Below are positions 36,845-50,303 of a DNA stretch of 64,000 nucleotides, one piece after another (the first letter of the stretch is position 1; each line of letters begins with the position of its first letter). The notes beneath the pieces were generated by a model, which made no database searches, had not been told where the DNA came from, and was given only the letters and a program-made list of their open reading frames with translations. The stretch is from Camelus ferus. Lineage: Eukaryota. Made by a program: the position numbers and the translations under genes. The stretch is from NCBI RefSeq assembly GCF_009834535.1, contig NC_045696.1, positions 63,800,001 through 63,864,000 on the forward strand, written 5' to 3'.

Positions 36845-37265
36845 GTATCAAGACTGAGACCCTGGGCTCTGGAGGCACACTGCCGAGGTTTGAGCCCCAG
36901 CTCTGCTTCATATCAGCTCTGCAACCTTGGGCATCATTTCTTAATTTCCCAGTGCCTCATTTTCCCATCTGTACTAACAGGAATAATAAGGGTACCTACT
37001 CCATAGGGTTCTGTGAATGTTACATGAGAGAACCCACGTAGAGTCCCACTGACCCTTGAACAACTGCAGGTTTGAACTGCACGGGTCCACTTATACGTGG
37101 ATATTTTTCAATAGTCGACACTGCAGTACAACACAGTCCCCGGTTGGTTGACGATGCAGAGGAAGTGCATATGTGGAGGGCAGACGATAAATTATACAGA
37201 TTAACACCCAAGGTTGTTCAAGGGTCATCTGTATTTAGAATGGTGCTTGGGGTATAGCAATTGTT
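36845..37265 (+). mobile_element. MIR SINE interrupted by a Tigger2-type MITE
   Basis: ggtttgagccccagctctgc...accttgggcatcatttcttaa...gtgcctcattttcccatctgta...aataataagggtacctactccatagggtt. Confidence 0.75.
37047..37231 (+). mobile_element. Tigger2-derived MITE
   Basis: Terminal inverted repeats tgacccttgaacaac / gttgttcaagggtca; internal tttgaactgcacgggtccacttatacgtggat. Confidence 0.85.
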
Positions 37266-38189
37266 CTTGTTCCTGCTCCCAGGGCAGAAATCCTGACTAT
37301 GACTAATGTAAGGCCAGTGTCCACTTGATCACTTCTAGTGACAGGAAGCTCATTACTTTCCAAGGCTCTTCTATTGTTGCCAGACCACTCTGAGTACTGG
37401 GTGGTCCTTCCTTCCCTATGCGACAACTAAAAAGCGCACATAGGAAGCCTATAGATACTGGAGTGAAAGATATCCAAGATATATTCAGTGATAAAGACCA
37501 AGCTGCAGAGTAATACATGTATAAATAGGACTTGCCTGCTTAGCCCTGAAACAGCTCAGTGACTGATGGTCAATATTGGCCCCTCTCTCTGGGTGATTAG
37601 CCTCCCATGGTTTTAGGCAGCAGGGCAGGCTGGTGGGTAATAGAGGAGGGTTCAGATGGGGAGGTTCTGCTGATTAAATCACATAGCCACCTGCTAATCC
37701 AGTCTCAGATAGAGTCACCCCAGACCTTGACAAAAGGAAACTCACTGGCCACAGAGGTGGTTTAGGTCATTTTTAAATGAAGCTCAATATCCAGGATTAA
37801 TGGGAATTCTTGGATCTGTCACTTAAAAAATTTCTTAAACTCCCAAGAGTTGGCCAAACATCTCTTACGCAAAACATAATGCATGTCCATCAGGGCAATC
37901 CCAAAGCATCTTCTCTTTCAGAGCCCTCCAAGGGTCTCACTGTTCACCTCAGGTGATGACCCACACCCAGCCACTGCACCTGTTCCCTACCCAGCTATGG
38001 GGGGAGTCAGATTTCCTCTCTGCAACTACTAAACCTGCCAGAGGCTTGGAATAGTATTAAGTAACCACTTCATTAGCATAAAGAGAAAGCTCACCTTGTC
38101 TGCTAGCATCACTTTGCCAGAGAAGATTCTGTGGGTAAATGGAAGTTTGCAGACCTGGGCCACATGACTATGCAAACCTTCACTGTATT

Positions 38190-38270
38190 CATTATTTTAT
38201 TCCATCTTACAATAAACCCACATGGGAGGTCTATTTGATCCCCATTTTACAGATGAGGACACTGAGGTGA
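38190..38270 (-). mobile_element. MIR fragment
   Basis: atccccattttacagatgaggacactgagg. Confidence 0.7.
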
Positions 38271-41200
38271 GGGCAGGGGAGAGGCACCTATGTGCAGAGG
38301 TGGGCTTACACCCAAGTCTCCCAGCTCCTCACTGCGTGTTCTTTCTGGTCCCACTGGCCTTTAGGAACTTCCTCCTTTCCTCCTATCTTTGTTCCTAAAC
38401 CAGTTCCACTGCCTTCTTCAGTCTACCATCCTTCGTTACCTTGGGGAAGAGAAGTCTTCTTTTAGGAGAAGGGAGAGAAAAGGAAAGTGTGAATGAACAG
38501 AAAACTGCTGGAAGCCCAGGGAGCAGCAGCGAATACAAACATGAGCTTGTTCGTCCTGTGAAAGCCCTAGATTATCCAGGCTGCGTCCAAGGGTGTAACT
38601 GAGAGTAAAGCCAAGGTCCTCCTGCTGGCTGTGAACTGGCCACTCTGCTCCAGGCTTAACAGAAACCTGCTGATGCGGCTCGGGGGTGTGATTGAAGAGG
38701 AGGATATAGAGACCGTCAGGCTTGCCATGGCCTGAAGTGCTCACCCGGAGGCCACACGGGAGCTTTAGAGCCCTTGAGCCATACTTTGAAGCCGGGCAGG
38801 GAAGCAGCCAGATCAAGGATGCAAAGTCACCACCATCGTGGCTGCCTCACTCAGCAGCATCAGTTATAATGAGACAGAGAGGGTCACCCCCAGACAGACC
38901 CCGCCTACACTTGGCCGGCCTGGCCCGGGCCCTCAGCATCTAGGAAAGTGAGGCAAGGCTGATCTGGGCACCCGCTCTGTGCCGGTTGGGACTGTACTGC
39001 AGTCCCCACCCTGGGCTTGCGCTGGAGGGGGCCTGCTGCCCAAGGTGGACCTGCAGCCATGTGGGGATGTGGCCTCCGCCAGCACCAAGGGACCCTGGAC
39101 AGGGAGATGCCCGGACGGTGCCATCTTACACTGTGGCTGATGTGGACCCCCAAAGGGGACCTGTGTCTCCTCTGGGGCATTCCTCAAGTGGCCGACAGCC
39201 CTGGGCCAACCTGAGAACAGGGGAAGTACCTGCCCCGCAGGCTAAACTTCCAAACTTACAATATCGGCACAATGGGCAACCCAGGGGTCTGAGCGGGGCG
39301 CTGGAGCCTCTCCAAGGTCAGCTCTTCCTGCAAGGAGAAGATGAAGGGGGAGAGGGTTCCAATTCATCTTCCTTCTGAGTAGGGTTTCTTTCAGGGCCTT
39401 TGTTTCCACATCTGTAGAGTAAGGGACTGCAGGAACTTTCCAGTCTCTCTGGCTCTGCTCTCCTGTGACTCTGTAAACCCTACGCCTTGACTTCTGAAAG
39501 CCTGTGTCTCCAGACACAGTGGCTCCGGGTGGAACCACATGAGATTTTATCCCAGAGAGAGGCCGCTGCTTACCAAGGACTCCCCACATCAAAAATAAAG
39601 AAAATATTCTGTTTTCCTGTGACAGCCTAGGGTGTGTCTTTATGGCCCCAAGTTCAGCTGCACTCAGTTACCAGGTTAACATAAGAAGTTAGGTAAGAGT
39701 TCCTACTTCCTGCCTGTAATTCAGCCAAAGAGTGGCCTGGAGGATCCCCAGAGATTCCTTTAGGTCTGAAAGCGCCCATTTTCGGTCTCAGGGCCAGATA
39801 TCTTTCTGTTTCCCAGATTCCAGCAGCTGAGAAATGTCTTTTTTTTTTTTTTAAGGATCTTCATAAGCTTTTAAAAATACATGAGAAGATGCATATGTAA
39901 GGGTGCACACACATCCGTACACATCTGCTCAGCAAAATGTGTCTGGTGCCCTCGGCATAAGCCCAGTGCTGGAGGCCAGGTCCCCTCCTGGGGTACACAG
40001 ATGAGACATGTCAGCAGAAAGTGACATCAGGATGTGCTCCGAGCCTCGATCCTCTGGGCATTTGGAATCACATTTGAACACGGGAGACATAGGCTGAAAG
40101 TGGAAAACTCATGTGCCCTATTCACAGGGCTTCAGGGCAGGTCACAGAGACCCCGCTGGCAGCCGGGAGAGTCTCCCCTCCCACTGACCCGCCTGGCCCC
40201 TCACTCACTGCTCTGATCACGTGCAGCTCCCTGGGGACCCCATTGTTTGCACTGGATGAGCCAGGGTTCACTGGGGAAACCCGTCCCTGGGAATGGAAAG
40301 GGACACTTCAACCGTGGAGTTGGACTTTTGTGTTAATACAACTGTGTTCTGTCTGGGAGTTTTGTCTTTTTCCAAGTAACACCACACAGAGTACCCTAAG
40401 AATGCCCCAGGCCGCGGCAGACAGACACATCGCTTCTTTTTATTCCCTCAGTCAGGGGGAAAGAGTGAGAAAGGGAAAAGAAAGGGAAGAGAGGAGAAAG
40501 AAGCCCCCGGGAGCCCCTTCTGGGTCCTTCCCATCAGCCACGTGGGTTTGCACAATTAAATCTCAATAGCTCCTTCCAGGGCTTTGTGGGGCCCCTGACT
40601 ACTGGCACTTGGAGTGAGTCTCCACCCACCCTCCACCCGCCCGCCCGCAGCCCGCCTGCAGGTCTCTCCCCAGCGGCTCCCTCCGGTGGCACCTAGCCCA
40701 ACCGGCTCCTCTGGAGGAGTGGGTGGTGTTCCCAGTGACAGGGGTGTCCACGCCAGGCACGAAGCAGCCTGGGCTCCAGCTGGGAAAAACTTCCCGTCCC
40801 TGGAGAGTGCAAAAAGCTGGCCACTGGCGTCGCTGGCCTTTTATGTGGCTGCAAAGAGAGTTCATCCTGAGTGTAGGCTGGTTTACAGCAGGAGCAGGGA
40901 AATGGTTTGTTCTGGAGTTTTTCCTATTAAGATTCCATCAGGAATTGTGTGCATTCAAAATCACCCCATATTTTCTGTTTTTAAAAAGTACCCTACACTT
41001 TCCAGGTACCAGATAATAAAACTAAGGGTGTAGAATGCAATACAAGGTGTCTATTTTGAATCTGAAGCTATGGTATCCAACAAGCCTTACTTAGCCTTAG
41101 TTTGGGAAGAAAGAGAATTCAATTAGAAGAAGGAATGCAGATAATCAGGATGAAGAGGAGAACAAGGGGCTTCTCTGGAATGGGTTCCCCCACTTCCCCC

Positions 41201-42799
41201 CTCTGCTTCCATCCGTCCTCTCCCCGTCCTTTCCTTTGCAACTTCTCCCCCTTCTCTGAATCTGTCGTTCCCTCCCTCAAGCTCTCTCAAGTCCCGCTGC
41301 CTTCACAGAGCATTTTGGGGTTCTGTCCCTGCCCCTCTGATGGCACCTCTGCATCACCACAGCCAATGCCATGTTTAAATCCCTTTTCTTCCAACAAAGT
41401 GGAGGTGCCAATGTGGCTTACCCACCAAGTACCAGGACTGCTTGCTCCTTGAGGGCAGGGGTGGTGTCTCAGATACCCTTAAAATCCCTCTGGGGGTACG
41501 ACGTACATCTCATTTAATGCCACTTCATCTTTACGGCAATCCTTTAAAAGGGTTACAATCCCATTTATTAAAGGTGGGAACTGGGACTCAAAAAGTTTAG
41601 TAACTTGCCCAAGGTTCTACAATGAGACACGATGGACCCAAATTACTATGCTGTGGACTCCTTCAGAGTGGGTTGCATAGTGTTTACTGTCATCACCCCT
41701 GCCCTGCCTACGCTTTGCAGTTTTGAGTATTTGCTGAATGAATGACTGAAACAAGATTCTTCCAACTCCCAAGCTTAAATGCACCCTGAGCCTCTGTTGC
41801 CTTGTCTGGAAATAACATGAAACAGACGGGTTTGGCGGGAGGTTAAAATGGATCCCAGCAATATTTGGTAAACACAGGGGTACGTAAGCCATCTGCCTCC
41901 CAGAATCCCCCAAATCCTGGACTGCAGACAGTGCTTCAGTTTTCCTCTTATAGAGGCCTGGTCTTCAGAGCTCAGCTCACTTCCCATGAGGGCGCATTTG
42001 TGGGTCCGATCTGATTCTTAAAGCTAGCACCGTCACCTGCCACCAGGCAAATGGGCAAACCTTCCAGGAGAAGCAGAACAAATCCCCTTTATTTCTACTG
42101 CATCTGAAACCTGCTGGCTTCTCCGGGCCACCACCCCAGCCCGACCACACCTCCCAGCTCCCCCGCTGTCCTTTGTCAGGGAACTCAGAGGAAAGGAAAG
42201 GTTAACCGAAAGGGGACGTTTTTGTTGCCAGAGTAAGCTAGTGGCAGGGCGGCCAGCTCAGCCTTCCTGGCTGAAGTCTCAGCTGCTGTGGCCACACAGA
42301 GCAAGCCTTGTTCTTTCATGAAAGTTCTAGTCCCAGTTTTGTTCCAGGGTTGTGGAGTCTTCAGCAGGGCCTTTGTGGCCCAAAAATCCTTCCAGATAAT
42401 AGGGCCACCCTCCCCCTCCAAGAGCTTTCTCCACCCCGCAGGGGGAGAGCCCAGGCTCACAGGCCACGTGGCGGCGAAGCACCTGGGGACGTGGAAAGTC
42501 CCAGGAGGCCTGGGAGAAAAGAAGGGCTTGGGACTGCGTTTTGCCAGGCTCCTTTCAGGCTAAGTCACAGCCTGGATGGAAGGCTGGCTCCAGCTCTGCC
42601 AGGTGGGGCCCACATCAGCCACATCCTCTTGGGAACAAGCCGGGAGACCTAGACCTGGCTGAGCTGTCTCACCCGGAAGCTGGCTTTTCCTGCTAGGTGC
42701 AGCTAGTGACCCCTCTTGATCCAGAGTGCCAAGACTGTTCATGACCAAACACAGAGAGTTCAATGGGGAAGGTAAGGGTGGAGAAAGGGTGAAACTTTC

Positions 42800-43085
42800 C
42801 TGAGCATTTACCAAATACCAGGCACTGCAAGAAGCACTTTAATAATAATTTATATTTACTAAGCACCTACGATGTCTCAGGCATTCTGCTAAGCATTTTA
42901 TCTGTATTATTTCATTCCATGTTCATAATCATCTTATAAGGAAGGTAGGAATATTATCATTCTCACTTTATAGATGAGAATGTGAGGTTCAGAGATGTTA
43001 AGGGACTTGCTTAAGCTCCCGAAGTTTGTAAGTGCTGAGCTAGGATTTAAGTGTGGGATTTGAATCCACGTCTGTGCAACAGAGA
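42800..43085 (-). mobile_element. MIR SINE
   Basis: ctcactttatagatgagaatgtgaggttcagagatgttaagggacttgc...gggatttgaatccacgtctg. Confidence 0.75.
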
Positions 43086-43104
43086 AGCCTATATTCTTTG
43101 TTTT

Positions 43105-44310
43105 TTTACTGAGGATTAACTGATGTACAACATACTGCACATATTTAGTGTGTCCCAGGGATAGGTTTCAGCATATGGGAAACCATCACCACAGTCAAGA
43201 TAGTGAACGTACTCATCAGCCTAAAATTTCCCTCATGCCCTTTATAGCACCTTCATCCTGTCTCCAATCAACCACAGATCTACCACTTTATAGTAGCTGG
43301 CACTTTCTAGAATGTATGGTTCTAGGAACCATACAGTATGTCCTCTTTTTTTTAAATCTGTCTTCTTTCACATAGCATAATCATTTTGAGAGTCACCCAT
43401 GTAGCATTCATGTCCATTCCTTTTCACTGCAGAGTAGTATTTCATTTGTATGGATCTACCATAGTGTATTTATCTATTTCTATGTTGATGGACATTTGGG
43501 TGATATCCAGTTTCTGGATGTCAGAAATAAAATATCTAGGAACATCTATGTACAAATTTCTGTATAGATACAGGCTTTCATTTCTTTTGGATAGACACCC
43601 ATATTTTTAATCAGGTTATTTGAGTTCTTATGATTGAGTTTTGAGAGTTCTTTATATATTCTGAATACAAGTCCTTTATCAGATACATGATTTGCAAATA
43701 TTTTCTCCTAGTCTGTGGCTTGTTTTTTTCATTCTCTTAACAGTGTCTTTTAAAGAGCTGAACTTTTTAATTTTAATGATGTATAATTGATCAACTTCTT
43801 TTATGGATGATTCTTTAGTTGTGGTATCTAAGAAGTGTTTGCCTAACTCAGGGTTGCAATGTTTCTTTCCTTTGTTTTCTTTTAGAAGTTTTATAGTTAC
43901 AGTCTTTACACTTAGGTCTATAATTCATTTCATGATAATTTATGTATATCATGAATTGAAAGTTTTTTTTTTTGCACTTTCATTTGCTTTAGCACCATTT
44001 ATTGAAAAAAATATTTATGAATTACATTGAAAACTTTGTCAAAAATCAGGTGTCCATATGTTCATGAGTTTATTTCTGTAGTTTCTATTCTGTTCCATTA
44101 ATCTATTTATCTGTCTTTATGCCACTATCACACTGTCCTAATTGCTCCAACTTTACAATAAATTTTGAAATCAAGTATTGTTAATCTTGTTTGGGATTAT
44201 TTTTCTTTGCAAAGCTGTTTTGGCTTTCTAGGTCCTTTGTACCACTGCCACATGAATTTTAGGATCAGTCTGTTAATTTCTACTAAGAAATCTGCTGGGA
44301 TATTGATGAA
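43105..44310 (-). mobile_element. L1M 3' region (antisense), decayed
   Basis: tgttgatggacatttggg; gagttctttatatattctgaatacaagtcctttatcagatacatgatttgcaaatattttctcc; catgaattttaggatcagt. Confidence 0.85.
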
Positions 44311-45409
44311 ATGCATATCCTTAATTACATGCTAATAATATTTAAATTTTACCAAAAAGTCTTTGAGTGTGGCATTATTTTTTACTACTTTGTAGATGAA
44401 GAAACCAAGATTCATTCTGGTTACAAAGTCTCCTCAGTGATAGAGTACAAATTTGAACCCAAGCCTGCTATAATTCTTGCTACCACTACACCACTGTGCT
44501 TGAATCAGCTGGCTGGGTCATATATGGTGTCCCAGCCTTCAGCAGGCACTCCCCATTGGAACAGTTTTGGGTTGTATTTAATACGTAAGCCATCATTTGA
44601 TGTTTATTTGATTGCAAAATAGACCTTCAGAAACATACTCTTCATGTTCTCTTTGGCCCTCACTTTATCCTCATTTCTTCTGTGAATGGGAAAATGCACA
44701 CTCTCATCTATGTGCATAACACCTCCCCTCTAAGTTTCCTAGTCGGTATTATAATGAGAACTTGCCAGATTGGTTTATGAATGTTCAAATATTAATCTCC
44801 TTAAAAAGCTTGTCACTCTTGAGTTCAAAAACAATGACTCCCCAATGGTTACTAAAATCAAGTTGACTCGTGGAGGCATGGATGTTTAGAGCAGAAAGAG
44901 ACCTTAGAGGTCATGTATACCAAACAGTGGAGAAGCAATGTTCAACTCTGTTGTTTCAGATGTGAGAGCTGATTATCAAGGAAAGGAAGTGACCTTGTGA
45001 TGCAAGAACTCTGTAACCCCACCACTGTTAGGATTTCTGGCTTTGATTTTGTTTGGTTTTGTGCTTTATGTTAGGATTTCAACTGCAATCTGGTTTAATG
45101 TTTTGGCTGCTAAAAATGTAAAAGACTCATGCTGATATTCAGAGCTCTCCTCACTGCATTCCAGCTCACTCTCTGTCACCATATGCCAGGCAACTTGTGC
45201 CCACACCAACAGGGCCCTTCCTGATCTCTGCTGCCCTCTGCCAGTGATGGACTCTTTTTTTTCTATCTGCATCTATTTCTTCCTGATATACCTTCACTCC
45301 CCATCATCTGAGGCTGATCTCAAATGTCACCTCTTCCATGAAGCCTTCTCTGATTCCCCCAACTGCATGCTCCAGTTCTCTACCACACCCCCAAATTCCC
45401 ATCACCCTG

Positions 45410-46330
45410 GGTCTGAGATGAAAAATACACTGGATGGGATAAACAGCAAGTAGGTGACTACAGAAGAGAAGATTTTAAAAAATAATAATAAAAAATTTTA
45501 TAATGTGTTTTAAAAAAGAAGAGACAATTGGCAAATTTGATGTCATAGCAACAGAAACAGAAAGTGAAGTCCAGAGATAAGAAAAGAAGAGGAAAAAATG
45601 AACAGATCACCAGTGAGCTGTGGGACAGCTCCAGGGGACCTAATACACATGTAGCAGGTGTCACAGAAAAGGAGGGGGTGCCCAGCAAAATACTGAATAA
45701 ATAATGGCTGCAGTTTTTCTAAACGTAATTAAAACAAACAAACAACTCACAGATCCAAGAAGACCAACAATGTCCCAGCACAAGAAACATGAAGGAAAGT
45801 ACAATGTGTATCCTAATCGAATTGCTTAAAATCAGTGGTAAAAAGAAAATTTTAAAAGTAATTAAAGGAAAAAGGCACAGCATGTACAAAGGAACAAAGA
45901 GTAGAATTGTGACAGACTTTGCACTGAAAACAGCGCCACTCAGAAGACAGGGCAGCAACATCGTTAAAGTTCTGAAAGGGAAAACCAAATTAGGAATTCA
46001 TTATCCAACGAAAAAAACTTTGAAAAAATGAAAATGAGATAAAGACTTCCTCAGACATAAAAGCTGAACGGGCTCAGCAGCAGCAGACCTACACGATCAG
46101 AAATATTAAGGGAAATCCATTAAAAATGACGCCAGACGGAAATCTGGATCTGGAAAGGAATGGAGAGCACCGGAAATGGCAACAACATGAGTCCATGCGT
46201 ATGATCTTTCTCATTATTACCAGGCCCTTTCAAAGATCACTTTTAAAAGGACAATTGCCTGTTTAAAGCAAATATAATAACAATGTATTGGGGACTTTAT
46301 AACATAGGTTGAAGCAAAATGTAAGATGGC
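45410..46330 (+). mobile_element. L1M ORF1 remnant and inter-ORF region
   Basis: LIELLKISGKKKILKVIKGKRHSMYKGTKSRIVTDF resembles L1 ORF1p; homologous to 22200-23100. Confidence 0.8.
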
Positions 46331-46870
46331 AATCCACTATAAACTTTCTTAACCAGGATCACGGTTAAGGGCTTATCACACCGAAGGTGAAATACAGCAT
46401 TTCACTTTTTGAAGGCTGTCCGTCAATGCAGCTCAAATGCCACCACCTCCACAAAGGCCACCTAGGTTGACGGGCCATCTTTGGCCGGTCTTCCTACAGC
46501 ACTGTATATCCCCGTTCAGAGTGCTGGTTCTCTAAAGTTACTTCTTGCTTGTGATCTGGGACTATCACTCCCTTCCTCATGTTCAGTCCCTAACAAACTG
46601 TGTGAGACTCTTGAGCTGAGGGCGCACATCTTGTTCACCTCTGTCTCCCCAAACAGGGCCCGGCCCAGGGCCAGGCCAGGAGTCAGAACCGAATGGAAGA
46701 GAATCCTGCAACTGGAGCCAGCTCCTCCCACAGAGCTGCCCAAAGATGCAAACCCATGGTTGGTTCTTCACCTCTGTGAGTGAAGAAGTTGAACCCCCAG
46801 CTCTGGCACACTTTCTGTAAGCCATTTCCCACTCCCTTCTCCCCAACTCCCCGCTCCCCACCTCCCCCAC

Positions 46871-46900
46871 CACACACACACACAGACACACACACACACA

Positions 46901-46931
<31 letters not shown>
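46871..46931 (+). repeat. (CA)n microsatellite with two GA interruptions
   Basis: Directly visible in the sequence. Confidence 0.95.
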
Positions 46932-46935
<4 letters not shown>

Positions 46936-47489
46936 CTTTAGGAATATAAAAAGGAATGGGACATCTGTCACCCAGCAGAGCATATTTAGAGGGAAGTTTT
47001 TACCCTTCCTCTCTCCATGTGCCTGGGCAGTTATCAGATAGGAGAATGGACCAGATTCAGGGCTGGAGCCAACCAGGTTCATCCCGGTGGTGAGAAGAGA
47101 ACCCCGAACTAACCTGTCTTCTGATGTGTCTGGAGGGCAACACTGAAGGAGGAGGTACAGTGAGGCATCATGGGCATGCAGCCTTCTCCTTCTTAGAACA
47201 TACCCCTGAGCCTGTGGACAGGGGTGGACAGGGGTCATAGATCGTCCTCCTGTGGGCAGCCCATCTGCCCCCTTAGTGGAGCCAGGGGGTCGCGTGTTGG
47301 CATTGGAAGGGCCCCAAGAGACTCAGACCAACTCGGTCCTTTAACGGCGTCAGCCCTGATGCCAGCACACTGAGAGGGGCGTGCTCAAACTGGGCAGGGC
47401 TGAGATCCCTGCGCAGGCTGCACTGTAACCATGCCCTGCTGGACAAACATACGGTACTTTGGCTTCAAATGCCAAGGGAAAGTTTCAAA

Positions 47490-47700
47490 AGCACGAGGCT
47501 TAAAACAGGTGAAAGTACCTTATGTGAGAAGTCCGGAGAGGACAGTGGTCACCCTTGCAGGAGGGGGTCCCGGGAGGGGGCACAGATGGCATGGAATGCC
47601 GGGAGTGCTCTGGTTCCTGACTTGCTGGACACAAGGGTGTGGTCGTTTTCATCAAATGGGACAGATGACATGTGTACATTTCACTTCAATAAAAACGTAT
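47490..47700 (+). mobile_element. Old L1 (L1ME-like) 3' end
   Basis: aaaacaggtgaaag...gaagtccggagaggacagtggtcaccctt...tttcacttcaataaaaa. Confidence 0.5.
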
Positions 47701-50303
47701 TTTTAGCCAATGAACTGAAAAGAGAGCGAAGAGGAGGCATGTGCCCCAGATGCTGTGCTGGGCAGTGGGGCCCCAGCACACGGGAGAGGGTGGGTGTGTC
47801 CCACACCCCCAGCTGTGCCCCAGGAAGGGGGCTGGAGGGCCAGTCGCCTGCGCCTGTTGGCAGAGCAAACAGCTGGGCCTCTGAGCACACTGTCTCCTCT
47901 GTGTACACAGGGTGTTAGGCCGGGCTCCACAGAGCCGCACTTCATGGTGACAAAGACAACAATGCCACCATCTCGTAACTGTCAACAGCGCTGCCGCGCT
48001 CAAGTCTTTGTTCCAATATTTGCGGAGCCGGAAGGGCCAGGTCGCCTTTGCAATATTGACTTAGATTCATCACTCACCAGAAAAAGCGGAGGGCCCGGGC
48101 CTGCCGGCTCTTGGCCCCGGCCTTTAGGAAGTGTGTGGCCTTAGGCAGAACGTGTGCGGGTCTTGGAAAACCACCTCTGTGTGGCAGTTTTCACTATTCT
48201 CTTCCCCATGGACCTGGGACTCAGGAGACACGAGTTTCCAGACTGCTGATAGAGGTTGCCTGAATTCCTCTAAATCCAACCGGCAAGACTTGCAGAGGTA
48301 CCTGGATAAAATGAAGCATGAAGTCCACATCTTGAACCGAAGTTTTCAGAAAACATTGGAAAGTTTTCATGAGGACGTTTTCTTTGTTTATAGGAGAAGG
48401 AATTGTTTTTCTCCCGAACTGGGTTAAACTCTATAAATGCCAAACGTGTCAGCCTCCAATTCAGGGTTTTACTGCTCCGACTTATTTCTGAGTGAGATGC
48501 TGGGCCACTGACAAATATGAGAGACAGCTTTCCAGAAACTCCTGTTGCCAGGGGAAGCCCCTGAGCCCCTCTGTGGCCCCCAGGCCTGAGTGCCTGGCAG
48601 TGCCCTCTGACCTCGGGGCTCCCGGCCTTGCTGTCAGCCTGCGTCAGCTGGACAAATGAGAGCCTGGAAACACTGCCCTGGGGGCTCTGCTCTCCACGAG
48701 GGGCCGACCCCTCCCTGCAGGTGCCCGGTCCCCAGGGCGGCCTGCTGTCCGGTCAGGTGGCAAGAAGCTCAGACGTCTCTGCTGTCTGAGAGCATTTCTC
48801 TTCCCCCCATTTTGTCAGAAGAGCTCTGAGGAGGCTCCATGCCCTGCCCTCTCTCCGCCTGCAGGGCCCACACATCCAATGAGGCCTCCAGTAACCATTA
48901 ATTTAGCCAATTTCCGGGGCCACACTGTCCCCCCGGGGGCCCCACTTTGGTGGGCAGCAGCGGAACAAGGCCCCCTGCTGTTTCCCTTCCCTTTTAATTA
49001 CACAAGGACAAGCTTCCTTGGGCGGACTTTGGGAGGCCAGCCCCGGGCCAGCCTGGCTGCCCTCCACAAAACAATGCACACATGTTCCAGAGAATTCCCT
49101 CCTTGCCTAATCCGGGCTGGGAAGAAAAGGGCTTTTCTTCTTCTTGTCAAAGGGGGTCTTCGATGCTAAGATACCATTTTGTGTCTCAAGTCATGTCACG
49201 GGACTTCTGCCTCGGCCTTGCTGCCTGCTCTTTAGAAATGAAAGACACAGTCCGTGCTCCACCTCAAGACAAGTGCCCCCCTCCTGGCCCCCCTGAAAAT
49301 ACTGGGGGTCGGGGGCCAAGAGAAGCGCGGAAATCTCCCGACTCCCACTGTTCCTTTCTCATCCCAGCAACCTCGGCTTTCTGGACTATTTGCCCAAAGG
49401 ATGAGTAGGGAGGGCTGGGCCTCACCTGCTGATCTCACGGGTCATGAATATTCTTATAATCCCCTGGAAAGAAGGGTCCTTTCATTAGAGAAGCAGATTC
49501 CTCCTGGCGACCTGGGGGCTGGCCACCGCTCCCACGCACCGGCCTGCCTCCTCTCTGGGTGCTGGCTGGCTTCTCCAGATGTTCACAAGGCATGGCTGTG
49601 CTGCTCTCCTTCTCCAAGCCACATCCCTATTCTACACACGCATTAAAGGAGATAACGACAAAGAAGTTACAGATGTGCAATCTGGTCCTCGGTACACAGA
49701 GGAGAACAAACTTCCTGCCACTGGCAGCTGCATAAGTTATATAAGTTACATAAGTTTACGTTGTACTTCATCTGGTGAAAGGATTGGAGGTAGCTTTTGG
49801 GAAAACTCTGAAAATTCAGATGAAGAAATCAAAGACAAGTTTTGGGGGGAAGGGAAATAGCAAAATGAAACCACGGCGGGCTAACACAGACATGTATGTT
49901 TCCATTTGTGAGAATTTAGCTTCGGGCTTCCTAGCAGCCAAAGGAAAGGGAGAAAAGTGGCTGCCAGAAGGTCAGGGCATACCGGGCGCTCTGTTCTCCC
50001 TGACACAGAGACCCGAGACTCTCCGCATGAATGCTGAGTCCTCCAATAAACAAAAACACCGTGTACTGTGTTAAAAATGTCATCCCTGATGTTACAGTTT
50101 CCTTAAGTCATGTATTAAAACGGCTTAACTTGCAACTCACACACCAACAATCACTGACATTCGCTAGACCCTCTTCTAACACTTGCCATTGTATTTAAAA
50201 TATACCCTGAATTCAAGCAAGGAAACTAAGCAATAATTCTCACGGGGACTGCATTGCTTCAGATATTTTGAACAAAGGCGCTGATCCTGTAGCTAAGCCT
50301 CCC

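Noticed and set aside
39079..39104. Split REST/NRSE motif (cagcacc...ggacag)
   Set aside because: Non-canonical spacing and weak flanks; compatible with chance.
46583..47238. Cys/Val-rich ORFs
   Set aside because: Translation artefacts of the (CA)n microsatellite.
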